Shown one piece after another: positions 63,875 to 64,000 of a DNA stretch of 64,000 bases (positions within the stretch are counted from its first letter, which is position 1; every line of letters starts with the position of its first letter). The position numbers and the translations under genes were made by a program. The notes beneath the pieces are model-generated. The model worked only from the letters and a program-made list of their open reading frames with translations. It made no database searches and was not told the DNA's origin. The stretch spans positions 1-64,000 of the forward strand of contig CAJNYD010000551.1 of the NCBI GenBank assembly GCA_905331295.1, given 5' to 3'. The stretch is from Rotaria socialis (Eukaryota).

Positions 63875-64000
63875 TATACACAAATAGACATACAATATTA
63901 ATATTGCAGTTGGAAGAGGATGAAGATTTGAGTTCTATATGATAAATAATTCGAATTACTACAATTTACAGTTCACACGTATTTACTATATTCTCCATGG

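Overview
AT-rich eukaryotic (animal) genomic DNA with compact genes, many ~50-65 nt GT-AG introns and two assembly gaps (1030-1129, 36630-36902). Intron size, single-exon orphan GPCRs, FG-GAP and vWA/VIT genes and intron-containing enzymes of non-metazoan type suggest a bdelloid rotifer; this is inference only. Recognisable host genes, in order: phosphatase inhibitor-2, a TauD/CAS-like dioxygenase, a GH29 fucosidase, vWA5A-like, Emi1/FBXO5-like, RMND5, a selenophosphate synthetase, a two-SH3 protein, two GPCRs, a Rel-homology-domain factor, a UAS/F-box-like protein, Pax3/7-like, a permuted papain-like protein, a quiver/Ly6-like protein and the 3' end of SLC41. Mobile DNA is abundant: a Sola2-like element, several MITEs with visible TIRs/TSDs (some nested) and a decayed LINE. 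The most notable items are (i) a ~7 kb CMC/EnSpm-like transposon with an apparently intact 4-exon transposase and a tandem 10-exon BEN-domain partner gene, (ii) an SPS gene with Arg (CGA) at the Sec/Cys site plus an Asp-to-Ala change at a metal ligand, lying only 159 nt downstream of RMND5, and (iii) a threonine aldolase pseudogene whose five stops can all be explained by C>T changes. Exon boundaries were read by eye and may be off by a few bases.
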